Positions 26,651-40,716 of a stretch of DNA of 64,000 bases are shown here, piece by piece. A program made the position numbers and the translations under genes. Below the pieces are notes generated by a model, which worked only from the letters and a program-made list of their open reading frames with translations, had not been told where the DNA came from and did not search any database. Numbering within the stretch: the stretch's first letter is position 1; every line of letters starts with the position of its first letter. The DNA comes from Eledone cirrhosa (lineage: Eukaryota): positions 113,150,001 to 113,214,000 of the forward strand of contig OZ024744.1 of assembly GCA_964016885.1 (NCBI GenBank), written 5' to 3'.

Positions 26651-26829
26651 TATTGAGTAATGATAGCTCTAAAAAGAATTGGTAAAGTGATGGAAGAGCA
26701 GTAATTCTCGTAGAAATATTAAGATGCTGTTTCTGCATGTTTGTTTAAAGTCTAAAGAGTGCTCAACCGAAGGAACCAAATAGTAATAATAAATGTAAAG
26801 ACTAAAATTCGAAGGGGGCTCGAGAAGGA

Positions 26830-27005
26830 TTATGGCTCCTCTAACCCTGTGGAGTAATTCTTTTGTGGTGATTGATTGGTTCAATGGCATATGCAAGAAG
26901 GAACATTGCCATTTTATCCAATTTGACATCAACAACTACTACTCTTCTACCACTTTACCACTTCTTAGAGCTATCAATTTCGCTAAAACGCCCATGACTA
27001 CCTTA
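26830..27005 (+). mobile_element. Penelope-like RT fragment
   Basis: VIDWFNGICKKEHCHFIQFDINNYYSS..LLRAINFAK resembles the PLE RT motif FDI.DFYPSI. Confidence 0.7.
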
Positions 27006-27048
27006 ATAGCATCAAATATATACACATATATATATATATATGTATATA

Positions 27049-27353
27049 TGGAGGCACATGGCTTAGTGGTTAGAGCATTGGCCTTGCAATCGAAAGGTTG
27101 TGAATTTAATTCTCAGACCGGGTGATGTTGTTCCTTGAGCAAGACACTTTATTTCACATTGCTCCAGTTTACTCAGCTGTAGAAATGAGATGATAGGGAC
27201 TGGGGTCCCTATCATTCCACTGCAAAAAAGCACCCAGTCCACACTGTAAATGAGGTTGGTGTTAGGAAGGGCATCCAGCTGTAGAAATCAAGCCAAAATC
27301 AGTTCCCGTCCTACCCTTGCAAGCAGGGAAAAGCGGACGTAAAATGATGATGA
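27049..27353 (+). mobile_element. SINE family B
   Basis: Near-identical to the 21234 copy; flanked by TA repeats. Confidence 0.88.
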
Positions 27354-27851
27354 TATATATATATAGTTTATTTTAAAGTTCATACACTCAACATGTACAA
27401 CCTTAGGCTCCAGGGGATCAGTTATGGCCACCACTGTATAGTGGAGCAGCTGTTCGAAATCTGGTCTCTTGTCAGCCACAAGGACAATTTTAAAGAAAAA
27501 AAAACATTACTTTACGATTAACGCTTAGAGTTCATAAAGTGTTCCATTCAAAAACAAAGAAGGATAACTCCTAAATTAAAAAAATAATTTTGCACAATAA
27601 AAACACACGCACCAATCACTTCAATTTATTATTACTAGATGAAAGCGACATCATCATCATCTCCCTTTTTCTGTCACATACACACTGTCTCTTTCCTTCT
27701 AAACAAATGACATTCCCTTTTCTCTATCTGTCTATGTACATATCTCTCGCTTGGCATTTCCCCTCTCTATATAAAGGGAGCGTGAAGGATGGAGGGATGG
27801 ACAGACAGTCAGCGCCCTTATCATATAGATTAGTTAACTAACTAATTTTTC

Positions 27852-27904
27852 TGTCAGTTAGAGCTCTTTCATAACACATTCTGTGATTATGTGACCTCTT
27901 CAGT

Positions 27905-27908
<4 letters not shown>
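27852..27908 (-). ncRNA. Hammerhead-like motif (imperfect), palindromic stem III AGAGCTCT
   Basis: tgtca-CTGAAGA-ggtcacat..atgtgttat-GAA-AGAGCTCT-A-(ac)tgaca; partial inverted copy at 28184-28217. Confidence 0.5.
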
Positions 27909-27956
<48 letters not shown>

Positions 27957-28214
27957 TATAAATATTTTAAAAAAATGGAAAACAATGACTTCATTTGATT
28001 TCACAAATTTGATTTAATTTTATATTATAATATTATGAGTTGGTAGATCTAGTAAGTTCTTTGTTAACTTCAGTGGGAAGATTTTTAAAGATTCCTAGTT
28101 AACTTCCTTGAACTTTCTCGCATTCGTCAGTGGCGATTGTCACACTGATCCCAGTTTGACAATCGCCACCAAGGATCTCACACATGTCACTAAGGAGGTC
28201 ACATAATCACAGAA

Positions 28215-28257
<43 letters not shown>

Positions 28258-28261
<4 letters not shown>

Positions 28262-28650
28262 TCATCATCAACGTTTAACGTCCGTGTTCCACGCTTGCAT
28301 GGGTTTGGACGGGGGTATTCCCACTTGAGGCAAGAGTGATTGTCTTGCTCGCATAGGACTGTCTGGCAGGTTTTCTACAGTTGGATGCCCTTCCTAACAC
28401 CAACCACATTTACAGTGTGGGACTGGGAGGTTTTTACTGTGTTGCCTACACGGCCACATTACAGCGTGGACTGTGTGTTTTTTTGTCGTGACACCTACAC
28501 GATCTCATTTGTTTCGGCCTGGATGTTGTGGCACCAACATAACTTTACATAGGAGGGGGTGGTGTGGATGGGGGTGGTGGGACGGGGTTGTTAGAGATGC
28601 CTACTGGCTGTAGTAGGTTTTACTATGTATTTAGGTAAGGCGGGTCTTCT
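28258..28650 (-). mobile_element. RTE 3' UTR fragment
   Basis: Similar to 16152-16550; (GAT)n tail abutting (TA)n. Confidence 0.75.
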
Positions 28651-28659
28651 CTATATATA

Positions 28660-30779
28660 TATATTTTGCAACGTAAGGACCAGAAACACGAGGTGTTCAA
28701 GATTGCGAGGTAGTGTGTCAGAGATAGTTGTGATGTCATTGGAGAGAAGTGTATCCGGAATGATAAAGGTGAGCTTGCCCTCACAAGTGCCGAGAAGAAA
28801 GATGCATGGAAGAGTCATTATGATAGATTACTAAATGAGGAGAATGCATGGGAAGAACAGACCCTACCCCAAGTAGACCCTATAGAGGGGCCAGCAGTAC
28901 AAGTCAGCAGCAACGTAGTAAGTAAGGCAATCAAAGATATGAAGACGAGGAAGGCAACCAGTCCATCGGGTATAGCTGCCGAGATGCTAAAGGCATCTGG
29001 ATCTGTAGGTGACACTATAACCACACGTATTGTTAACCAGGTAATACTAAAAGGTGTCATACCAAAACATTGGTGCAGTAGCATCATTGTCAACTGCTAC
29101 AAAGGTAAAGGTGATGAACTCGATAGAGGAAACTATAGAGGTATAGAGCTGATGGACCAGGTCATGAAAGTAACAGAAAGAGTTATAGCACAGTTGATTA
29201 GGGACTGGGTGAAACTAGATGAGATGCAATTTGGGTTTGTACCAGGAAGAGGCACCACTGATGCCCTCTTCCTTGTCAGGCCGTTACAGGAAAAGTACCT
29301 AGCTAAAAGTAAGCCACTCTACCTGGCATTTGTCGACCTTGAGAAAGCCTTTGACAGAGTTCCACGTGCTGTAATCTGGTGGGCTCTTAGAAAACTAGGA
29401 GTAGATGAATGGCTTGTGAAAGCTGTACAAGCCATGTATAGGAGAGTAGTCAGCAAAGTTAGGATTAGCAATGAGTATAGCGAGGAATTTAGCGTACAGG
29501 TTGGGGTCCACCAGGGCTCTGTTCTTAGACCCCTCCTGTTCATCATAGTCCTACAGGCAATAACGGAGCAGTTTAAAACCGGATGCCCATGGGAACTCCT
29601 GTATGCTGATGACCTCGCACTTATAGCTGAATCTATGGTAGAACTAGAGAAGAAATCCCAAACTTGGAAGCAGGGACTTGAAAGACAGGGTCTCAAAGTC
29701 AACATGACAAAGACTAAGGTCCTTGTAAGTAGACGAGAAAACAGAACCCAGATCCCCTCAGGGAAATGGCCTTGCTCAGTATGTAGGAAAGGTGTAGGTA
29801 GGAACTCCATTCTCTGCCCCAAATGCAAACAATGGGTACACAAGAGATGTAGTGGCATCTCAGGAAGCTTAACTAAGAATGTAGGCTTCACATGTAGCAG
29901 CTGCGCTAGTACAGCAAGCAGCAAACAGCCACGGGAAACAAGCACCACCTAACTCTGGGAGGGCTCTGTAGAAACAGTAGACAACTTCTGCTACCTAGGT
30001 GACCGAATTAGCAGCGGAGGTGGGTGTTCAGAAAGTACAATAACTAGGGTAAGAACGGGATGGAAGAAGTTCAGGGAGCTACTACCACTGCTAGCTGCAA
30101 AAGGCTTCTCCCTCAGAATGAAAGGCAGACTGTATGATGCGTGTATACGAACAGCAATGTTACATGGTAGTGAGACCTGGACGCTGAAGGTGGAAGACTT
30201 ACATAGATTAGAAAGAAACGAAGCCTGCATGCACCGATGGATGTGTAATAGTAATATACGGGAACGACAAAGCATAAATGAATTGAGAGAGATACTGAGC
30301 ATAAGAGGAATCAAATGTGTGAAGGAGAGGCAGTTGCGTTGGTATGGACATGTGATGCGTATGAAGGATGACAGCTGCATAAAAAGGTGCAGAGCACTAG
30401 AAGTCAATGGAAACCGCGGAGTGGAGAGACCCAAGAAGAGGTCATAAAAGCCGACCTTACCCAATTACACCTCTCAAAGGCGATGACACACGACCATGAT
30501 CTCTGGCGTCACGCAGTAATACAGAGTACCCGACCTCCCATGGGTACAAGCTGAAGCATATAGACAATATGCTCCCACACCCTCCCACTGCAAAAAAGCA
30601 CCCAGCCCACACTGTAAAGTGGACATGTAGGCGCCACGAAAAAGCACCCAGCACTCACTGTAAATGAGGTTGGTGTTAGGAAGGGCATCCAGCTGTAGAA
30701 ATCAAGCCAGAATCAGTTCCCGTCCCACCCTTGCAAGCAGGGAAAAAGCGGACGTAAAAATGAAATGATGAAATGATAA

Positions 30780-30780
<1 letters not shown>
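28660..30780 (+). mobile_element. 5'-truncated RTE LINE (RT plus cysteine cluster, C-terminal, 3' UTR)
   Basis: ORF 28939-29952 with QFGF, FVDLEKAFD, GVHQGSVL, LLYADD; ORF 30118-30447. Confidence 0.93.
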
Positions 30781-32409
<1,629 letters not shown>

Positions 32410-32410
<1 letters not shown>

Positions 32411-32742
32411 ATTATCATTTCATCATTTCATTTTACGTCCACTTTTCCCTGCTTGCAAGGGTGGGACGGGAACTGAGTCTGGCTTGATTTCTACAGCTGG
32501 ATGCCCTTCCTAACACCAACCTCATTTACAGTGAGTGCTGGGTGCTTTTTTGCCGTGGCACCTCCACGACCACTTTGCAGTGGAATGATAGGGACCCCAG
32601 TCCCTATCATCTCATTTCTACAGCTGAGTAAACTGGAGCAATGTGAAATAAAGTGTCTTGCTCAAGGAAACAACACATCACCCGGTCTGAGAATTGAACT
32701 CACAACCTTTCGATTGCAAGGCCAATGTGCCATGTGCCTCCA
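32410..32742 (-). mobile_element. SINE family B (small deletion in head)
   Basis: Reverse complement of the family B consensus. Confidence 0.85.
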
Positions 32743-32890
32743 TATACATACATATATATATACATACATATATACATACATACATACATACATATATACA
32801 TACATATATACATACATACATATATATATACATATATATAGATATATATATATAAAGAAGAAATTAAAAGATGATTAAAAAAGTTCCATA

Positions 32891-32960
32891 TATTTTATTA
32901 CGCGAATTTCGAAAACAACATCATCCTGGGACAAATATTGTGTTCTCATCAGATAAAATA
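32891..32960 (-). ncRNA. Putative type I hammerhead ribozyme, sense to spastin
   Basis: tattttat-CTGATGA-gaacacaa..ttgttttc-GAA-ATTCGCGT-A-ataaaata; 8-bp stem I, G-C closed stem II. Confidence 0.7.
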
Positions 32961-33389
32961 AGGTAGCATAACAAGAAAATGTTCGTCTACATGCCTGAAC
33001 CTATTCCCCCAAGATCATTGTGAAAATATTATAGGTTGAAAAATGATTGTAGAGTTATTTTAGAGTTAGTTATAGAAATATACATATATACACTCTAAGA
33101 TATATACATGGGTTTATAAGGAATCACATAATTATACTGAATTATTTTTTTTATTTTTTAATATATATTTCAAGAATATGGATATATTTATAATATTTAG
33201 ATGAGAATTATAATGAATTGTATTAAATTATAAACTATTAATTCATTAAAGCAATTACAACAATATAATATGTGAATGAATATACTCCGTATTTACATAT
33301 ATATACAAGTGCATTTATTTTTTTGCATATATTTTAATACTATGAATGTAGTTATAAATATAATGTATTGTAGTATATTATAAGACATT

Positions 33390-33780
33390 AGGATTGGCAG
33401 TATCGGTAGAGGGTCGGACGCCATGCTTTCAGCATAGTTACGTCCCTTAACGATCTGAGTTCAAATCCCGCCGAGGTTAACTTTGCCTTTCATCCTTACA
33501 GGGTTGGTAAAATAAAGTACCAGTAATGCACTGGGTATTTGCTGGCCTTGTGCCTAAAGTAGAAACAATTATTATATAAATAAAGTGGAGGTGGATTGGC
33601 AGTATCGGTAGAGGGTCGGAAGCCATGCTTTCCAGCATAGTTACGTCCCTTTACGATCTGAGTTCAAATCCCGCCGAGGTTAACTTTGCCTTTCATCCTT
33701 ACAGGGTCGGTAAAATAAAGTACCAGTAATACACTGGATAATTGCTGGCCTTGTGCCTAAAGTAGAAACAATTATTATAT
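33390..33780 (+). mobile_element. Two tandem SINE family A copies
   Basis: Copies at ~33390-33575 and ~33590-33778. Confidence 0.87.
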
Positions 33781-34199
33781 ATCGTTATTTAAAAATAAAT
33801 AATTATTTACTACATAAATGATAATGTGTGAATATAGATCTTATTTAAGTATATATATATTTATAAATGAGCATAGGAGAGATCAAGTAATTATATGTAT
33901 TTTATACATATACTTTAAGAATGTGAAACTAATTATATTTTTTAAGTAAAAATGTACAGTATTGTGGTATAATCTATTCTTGTATATGGTTAGTAATATA
34001 ATATTTAAACAGCTATGCAATTTGAAATGTATTGTATTTGTGAATTGTAAACAAAGAAATTTTTAGGGAGATAACTCTAATATTTAGTATTTTAATAATA
34101 TATTGTTTCATCTAGTGTTTAACCTAATAATTAATTATAATTTATATTATAATATAAGTAAATAATTCATATAAGATTTCAGAGCACCATATAGTAAAT

Positions 34200-34640
34200 A
34201 TGGTTTTGATAATAGTTTTTTACATTGATGCATTATTCATAGTCGATAAACATAATAGGGAACTTAGCAAAAAGAAAATTATTATAGACTTCTTTAATAA
34301 TTACGACCTTAAGTTAGAAATAGAAAACAATAATAAAATAGTTAATTTCTTAGATGTTACATTAAACCTTAACTCCGGCCTATATTACTCGTTCCATAAG
34401 ATTAATGAAATCTAAACTATGTCAGCTTTTACTCAAACCACCCTAAAAACCTTAAAAAATCTATAGCTAATAGTGTCCAGCAAACAATATCTAGACTCTC
34501 AGCTAATAAAAATATATTTGATAACAAAGCTGAATATTATAATGACGCACTACACAGAGCTAGATACAATAATAAAATTAACTACATAGATAGGAATAGT
34601 AAAAACCAACCTCCTAAAGTTTATTATAGTAATAATAAAT
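34200..34640 (+). mobile_element. Penelope-like RT C-terminal fragment
   Basis: KIVNFLDVTLNLNSG..SNHPKN..ISRLSANKNIF..YYNDAL. Confidence 0.8.
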
Positions 34641-34696
34641 TTAAACAAATTAACCAAAATAATAAATCAAATAGAAAATAGAAAAGCTAGAACTAG

Positions 34697-34741
<45 letters not shown>

Positions 34742-34759
34742 CAGATACATACAGCAATA

Positions 34760-37580
34760 AGACTAACCATGTTAGGGCTGCACACGGTAGTGGGGTGGCT
34801 AGTGAGGCCATGTGTGAGAACCCCACGACCGTCATCAAGCAATCGCACAACAGGAAAAAGAACGAGACGTCGCATCTCAGAGTTGCCACACTTAATGTTG
34901 GCACTCTCAGAGGTAGATCTGGTGAAATAGCGGAGATGCTGGAGAGAAGGCATGTGGATGTGTGCAAGAGGTGAGATGGAGAGGTGCCTCTGCAAGACTA
35001 ATCGCAGGCAAACATCGTAGTTATAAGCTTTTCTGGGTGGATAATGATGATGGGTTAGGTGGGGTGGGCATATTACTGGCTGAGAGATGGATCAATAAGA
35101 CAATAGAGGTAGTTAGTGTTAGTGATAGAATAATTAAGCTTAGATTAGTTGTAGGCAGGAGACTACTGACAATCATCTCTGTCTATGCTCCCCAAGCAGG
35201 CCTAGGTAAAGAAGAGAAAGACTGCTTTTACGAGCAACTTTTACAAACAGCCTCAATGACAGAGGACAGAGACATCGTTATGCTAGCAGGAGACTTCAAT
35301 GGTCATGTTGGACAGCTCCAGGGTGGTTCCACTGGGGTACATGATGGGCATGGTTACAGCTCAAGAAATGAAAAAGGAGTGAGGCTTCTTGAGTTTTGTG
35401 ATGCAAATGCACTAACCATTTGCAACACTAACTTCCAGAAGCCTACCAACCACCTAACAACCTACAAATCAGGCGAGCACATAAGCCAGATTGACTTCCT
35501 GCTAGTTAGACAGCAAGACAGACAGATGGTGTCAAATACTAAGGCATACCCCGGGGAAGAATGTACAGCATAGGTTAGTCGTTAGTGACATCTCATTAAG
35601 TATGAGAAAGAATGAGACATACAGGAAGGTGTGGAAAAGAAAGGTCTGGAAGCTAAAAGACCTTTCACTAAAATATAATTTTAGGAAAGCCCTTCAAGAC
35701 GTGTATGATGAAAGAGAAGATGATTTAGAGTTGTATGACATAGATAACTGGAATTTCTTGCGTGACGGCTTACTGCAGGCTACTGAAAAACTTTTGGTTG
35801 GGGCAGAGCTTCAACCAGACAGAGAGTGACCTGGTGGTGGAACAGCACAGTAGATAGGGCCATTAGAGACAAAAGACTAGCATAGAAGGCTTGGAGCAAT
35901 GGTGGGAGTAGGGAAGGATACACAGCCGCTAGGAGAGAAGCTAGACGTCAGGTGTACTTAGCACGCAGGGGAGCTGAGAGTAGGAGGTTTGCCAATGTTC
36001 TGCGACGGGAAGATCAGAGATGTGCGGTGTTCCACATTGTTCACATCAGGTAAAGTAGGCATTAAACTGGTTGCACGCATCATCAATCAAGCTATATATG
36101 GTGGTGTCATACCAAAACACTGGTGCAGCAGTATTCTCATAAATTGCTACAAAGGTAATGGGGATGCTCTAGAGAGGAGCAATTATAGGGGCATAAAGCT
36201 GATGGATCAGGTTATGAAAGTGGCAGAGAGAATATTGGCGCAACTGATTAGAGAAAGGGTCAAACTAGATGAGATGCAGTTTGGTTTGTGCCTGGGAAAA
36301 GTACAACAGATGCTCTCTTCTTAGTGAGGCAACTGCAACAGAAGTTCTTAGAGAAGAATAAGCCACTATACTTAGCTTTTGTTGACCTAGAAACCCCTTT
36401 GATAGGGTACCGCAATCTGTCATCTGGTGGTCCCTACGGAAACTAGGTGTAGAGGAATGGCTTGTGAGAACAGCGCTAGCTATGTACAGAGGTGCTGTCA
36501 GTAAAGTGAGAATAGGAACGGAGTTTAGTGAGGAATTCCAGATACAAGTAGGAGTACATCAGGGCTCGGTCCTCAGCCCGCTCTTGTTTATTATAGTCCT
36601 CCAAACCATAACAGAGGAGTTTAAGACTGGTTGTCCATGGGAACTTCTCTATGTTGATGATCTGGTTCTTATAGCAGAATCAGGAGAGGAGCTAGAGAAT
36701 AAATTCTGGCTATGGAAACAGCAGTTGAACATAGCTAAGACAAAAGTGTTGATGAGTAGAAAAGAGGACAAAACTCTGATTCCATCAGGGAAATGGCCAT
36801 GTACAATATGTAGAAAGGGAGTTGGCATAAATTCTATAAAATGTATGCAATGCAGATCTTGGGTACACAAGAGATGTAGTGGGATAGCAGGCAAACTAAC
36901 AGGTAGGGAAAACTACGTATGCAGTAGATGTACAGGGAAAGTTGGCAGTATTAATCGCAGGGATCGACACATTTTTCCAATGCAAGTGGGTTCTATAGAA
37001 GTGGTTGATGGCTTCCGGTACCTAGGTGATCTATTAGCAGGGGAGGGGGTGTTCCAAGGCTATAGTATCTAGAATAAGGACGGGTTGGAAGAATTTTAGG
37101 GAGCTGCTTCCTTTGTTGACAAAGAGTTTCTCCCTGCATACGAAAGGATGGTTATATGATGCCTGTGTGAGATGCACGATGCTGCATGGTAATGAGACAT
37201 GGGCAGCAACTGCAGAAGAGAAATGAAGTAAGCATGCTCCGTTGGATGTGCAATGTCAATGTGCGTGAACGACCAAGCATAGACGAGTTGAGAAAGAAAC
37301 TGGGTATAAGAGGGATAAATTGTGGTGTGCAGGAGAGAAGGCTGAGATGGTATGGACATGTGATACGCATGGAGGATGACTGCTGGGTAAAGAAGTGCTA
37401 AGAAATCCCGAAATCCCAGTAGAAGGAAGATGCAGTAGAGGCATACCACGTAAAACATGGGCGGAGGTGTTAAGAGCAGACCTCAGATCGCTGAAACTCA
37501 CGGAGGAGATGACAAAGGACCGTGACAAGTGGAGAGATGCTGTGCAAGCAGAGAAAAGCAGATGTAAAATGATGATGATG
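34760..37580 (+). mobile_element. Decayed, internally deleted RTE LINE (second subfamily)
   Basis: EN ORF 34962-35573 (AGDFNGHVG, QIDFLL); RT ORFs 35989-37072; (GAT)n tail. Confidence 0.9.
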
Positions 37581-37726
37581 ATATATATATATATATATAT
37601 ACACAGATATATATATATATATATACACACGGATATATATATACACACGGATATATATATATATACACAGATATATATATATACACAGATATAAATATAT
37701 ATACACAGATATAAATATATATACAC

Positions 37727-37763
<37 letters not shown>

Positions 37764-37769
37764 TATATA

Positions 37770-38516
37770 TATGGAAGAAGTTCAGGGAGCTATTGCCACT
37801 GCTAGCTGCAAAAGGTTTTCCCTCAAAATGAAAGGTAGACTGTATGATGCGTGTATCCGAACAGCGATGTTACAGGGTAATGAGACTTGGGCGCTGTCTG
37901 TGGAAGACTTGCGCAGATTAGAAAGAAATGAAGCCTGTATGTTCCGATGGATGTGTAATAGTAATATACACGAACGGCAAAGCATAAATGAATTGAGAGA
38001 GAGAGACAGAGCATAAGAGGAATCAAATGCTGTGTGCAGGAGAGGCGGTTGCGTTGGTATGGACATGTGATGCGTATGAAGGATAACAGCTGCATAAAAA
38101 GGTGCAGAGCACTAGAAGTCGATGGAAACCGTGGAGTGGGAAGACCCAAGAAGACCTGGGATGAGGTGATAAAAGCCGACCTTACCCAATTACACCTCTC
38201 AAAGGCGATGACACACGACCGTGACCTCTGGCGTCACACAGTAATACAGAGTACCCGACCTCCCATGGGTACAAGCTGAAGCATATAGACAATATGCCCC
38301 CTCCACCCTCCCACTGAAAAGTGGTTGTGGAGATGCCACGGCAAAAAAGCACCCAGCCCACACTGTAAAGTGGACGTGTAGGCGCCACGGAAAAAAAACA
38401 CCCAGCACTCACTGTAAATGAGGTTAGTGTTAGGAAGGGCATCCAACTGTAGAAATCAAGCCAGAATCAGTTCCTGTCCCACCCTTGCACGCAAGGCAAA
38501 GCGGACGTAAAAATGA

Positions 38517-38520
<4 letters not shown>
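37770..38520 (+). mobile_element. 5'-truncated RTE 3' fragment
   Basis: Highly similar to 30060-30780. Confidence 0.88.
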
Positions 38521-38553
<33 letters not shown>

Positions 38554-38586
38554 CGAAACATAAGTCAATTGATCGTAATGGTCCAT

Positions 38587-38629
38587 TACGAGCTGAGGAT
38601 CCGCTAAGGTGAAACAATTGTTCTCGGTA
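38587..38629 (+). ncRNA. Putative minimal type I hammerhead ribozyme
   Basis: tacgag-CTGAGGA-tcc gctaa ggt-GAA-ACAATTGT-T-ctcggta in a ~95-bp island between (TA)n tracts. Confidence 0.6.
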
Positions 38630-38643
38630 TGGTGAACTAACTC

Positions 38644-38716
<73 letters not shown>

Positions 38717-38902
38717 CATATATATATATATATATATAGACATATATATATATAGACATATATATATATATATATAGACATATATATATATATAGACATA
38801 TATATATATATATATAGACATATATATATATATATAGACATATATATATATATAGACATATATATATATAGACATATATATATATAGACATATATATATA
38901 TA

Positions 38903-38994
<92 letters not shown>

Positions 38995-39066
38995 TGTATA
39001 TATGAGAAACAAAATGGCGTAGGATAGAACAAAGGAGAGGCACAAAAACAAAGAAAAGAATCCCCA

Positions 39067-39109
39067 GTCACTGAAGAGGTCACAGAATGTGTGATGAAAG
39101 AACTTTGAC
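39067..39109 (+). ncRNA. Hammerhead-like motif related to the 27852 copy
   Basis: gtca-CTGAAGA-ggtcac agaatgt gtgat-GAA-agaact-T-tgac. Confidence 0.45.
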
Positions 39110-39264
39110 AATATATAAACAACCATCTGGTTGTGGAACCAACCAACCAACCGGAAATTTATAAATTTATTATAATAAATTGAAGTGAAAGCAACATGAC
39201 CCTCCCAAAGTATAACAATATATATACATACATATATATATATATACATACATATATACATACA

Positions 39265-39346
<82 letters not shown>

Positions 39347-39363
39347 CATATATATATACAGAC

Positions 39364-39398
<35 letters not shown>

Positions 39399-39417
39399 CA
39401 GACATATATATATGTAT

Positions 39418-39758
39418 CATCATCATCATTTCATTTTACGTCCACTTTTCCCTGCTTGCAAGGGTGGGACGGGAACTGATTCTGGCTTGATTTCTACAGC
39501 TGGATGCCCTTCCTAACACCAACCTCATTTACAGTGAGTGCTGGGTGCTTTTTTGCTGTGGCACCTCCACGACCACTTTGCAGTGGAATGATAGGGACCC
39601 CAGTCCCTATCATCTCATTTCTACAGCTGAGTAAACTGGAGCAATGTGAAATAAAGTGTCTTGCTCAAGGAAACAACACATCACCCGGTCTGAGAATTGA
39701 ACTCACAACCTTTCGATTGCAAGGCGAATGCTCTAACCACTAAGCCATGTGCCTCCAT
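39418..39758 (-). mobile_element. SINE family B, full length
   Basis: Reverse complement of the family B consensus. Confidence 0.88.
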
Positions 39759-39759
39759 G

Positions 39760-39823
<64 letters not shown>

Positions 39824-39867
39824 CAGACATATATATATATATATATATATATACAGACATATATACA

Positions 39868-39961
<94 letters not shown>

Positions 39962-39982
39962 CACATATATATATATATACAG

Positions 39983-40107
<125 letters not shown>

Positions 40108-40138
40108 CACATATATATATATATATATATATATACAG

Positions 40139-40225
<87 letters not shown>

Positions 40226-40345
40226 CATATATATAGATATATATATATACAGACATATATATATATATATATATACAGACATATATATATATATATACAG
40301 ACATATGATGGCTGCCCCCTCGCCATCGAGTATGGCCATTGCACA

Positions 40346-40455
<110 letters not shown>

Positions 40456-40716
40456 TTTCTTTATTAACCACAAGGGTTTACATAAAGTAGACATTAAGGA
40501 CAGTGCAGGACAATGCAGGACGGTACAAATGGGCATTTCTGCGTGTAAAAAAAACAAAAATAGAGGATGTAACAAAAATAACAATGAAAATAACAATGAA
40601 AAATTCCCCAATAGGGGGGAGACTTCGGAGGGACATTTGTGGAGAAAGCCCAGTAAAAAGCCACAATGACCCTGACCACCAAGGCAAGTGCCCTCTCCCA
40701 GTTTTCCACCTTTAGT

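Noticed and set aside
28090-28135. Minus-strand CTGACGA...GAAA hammerhead candidate
   Set aside because: Stem I partner missing and stem II too short
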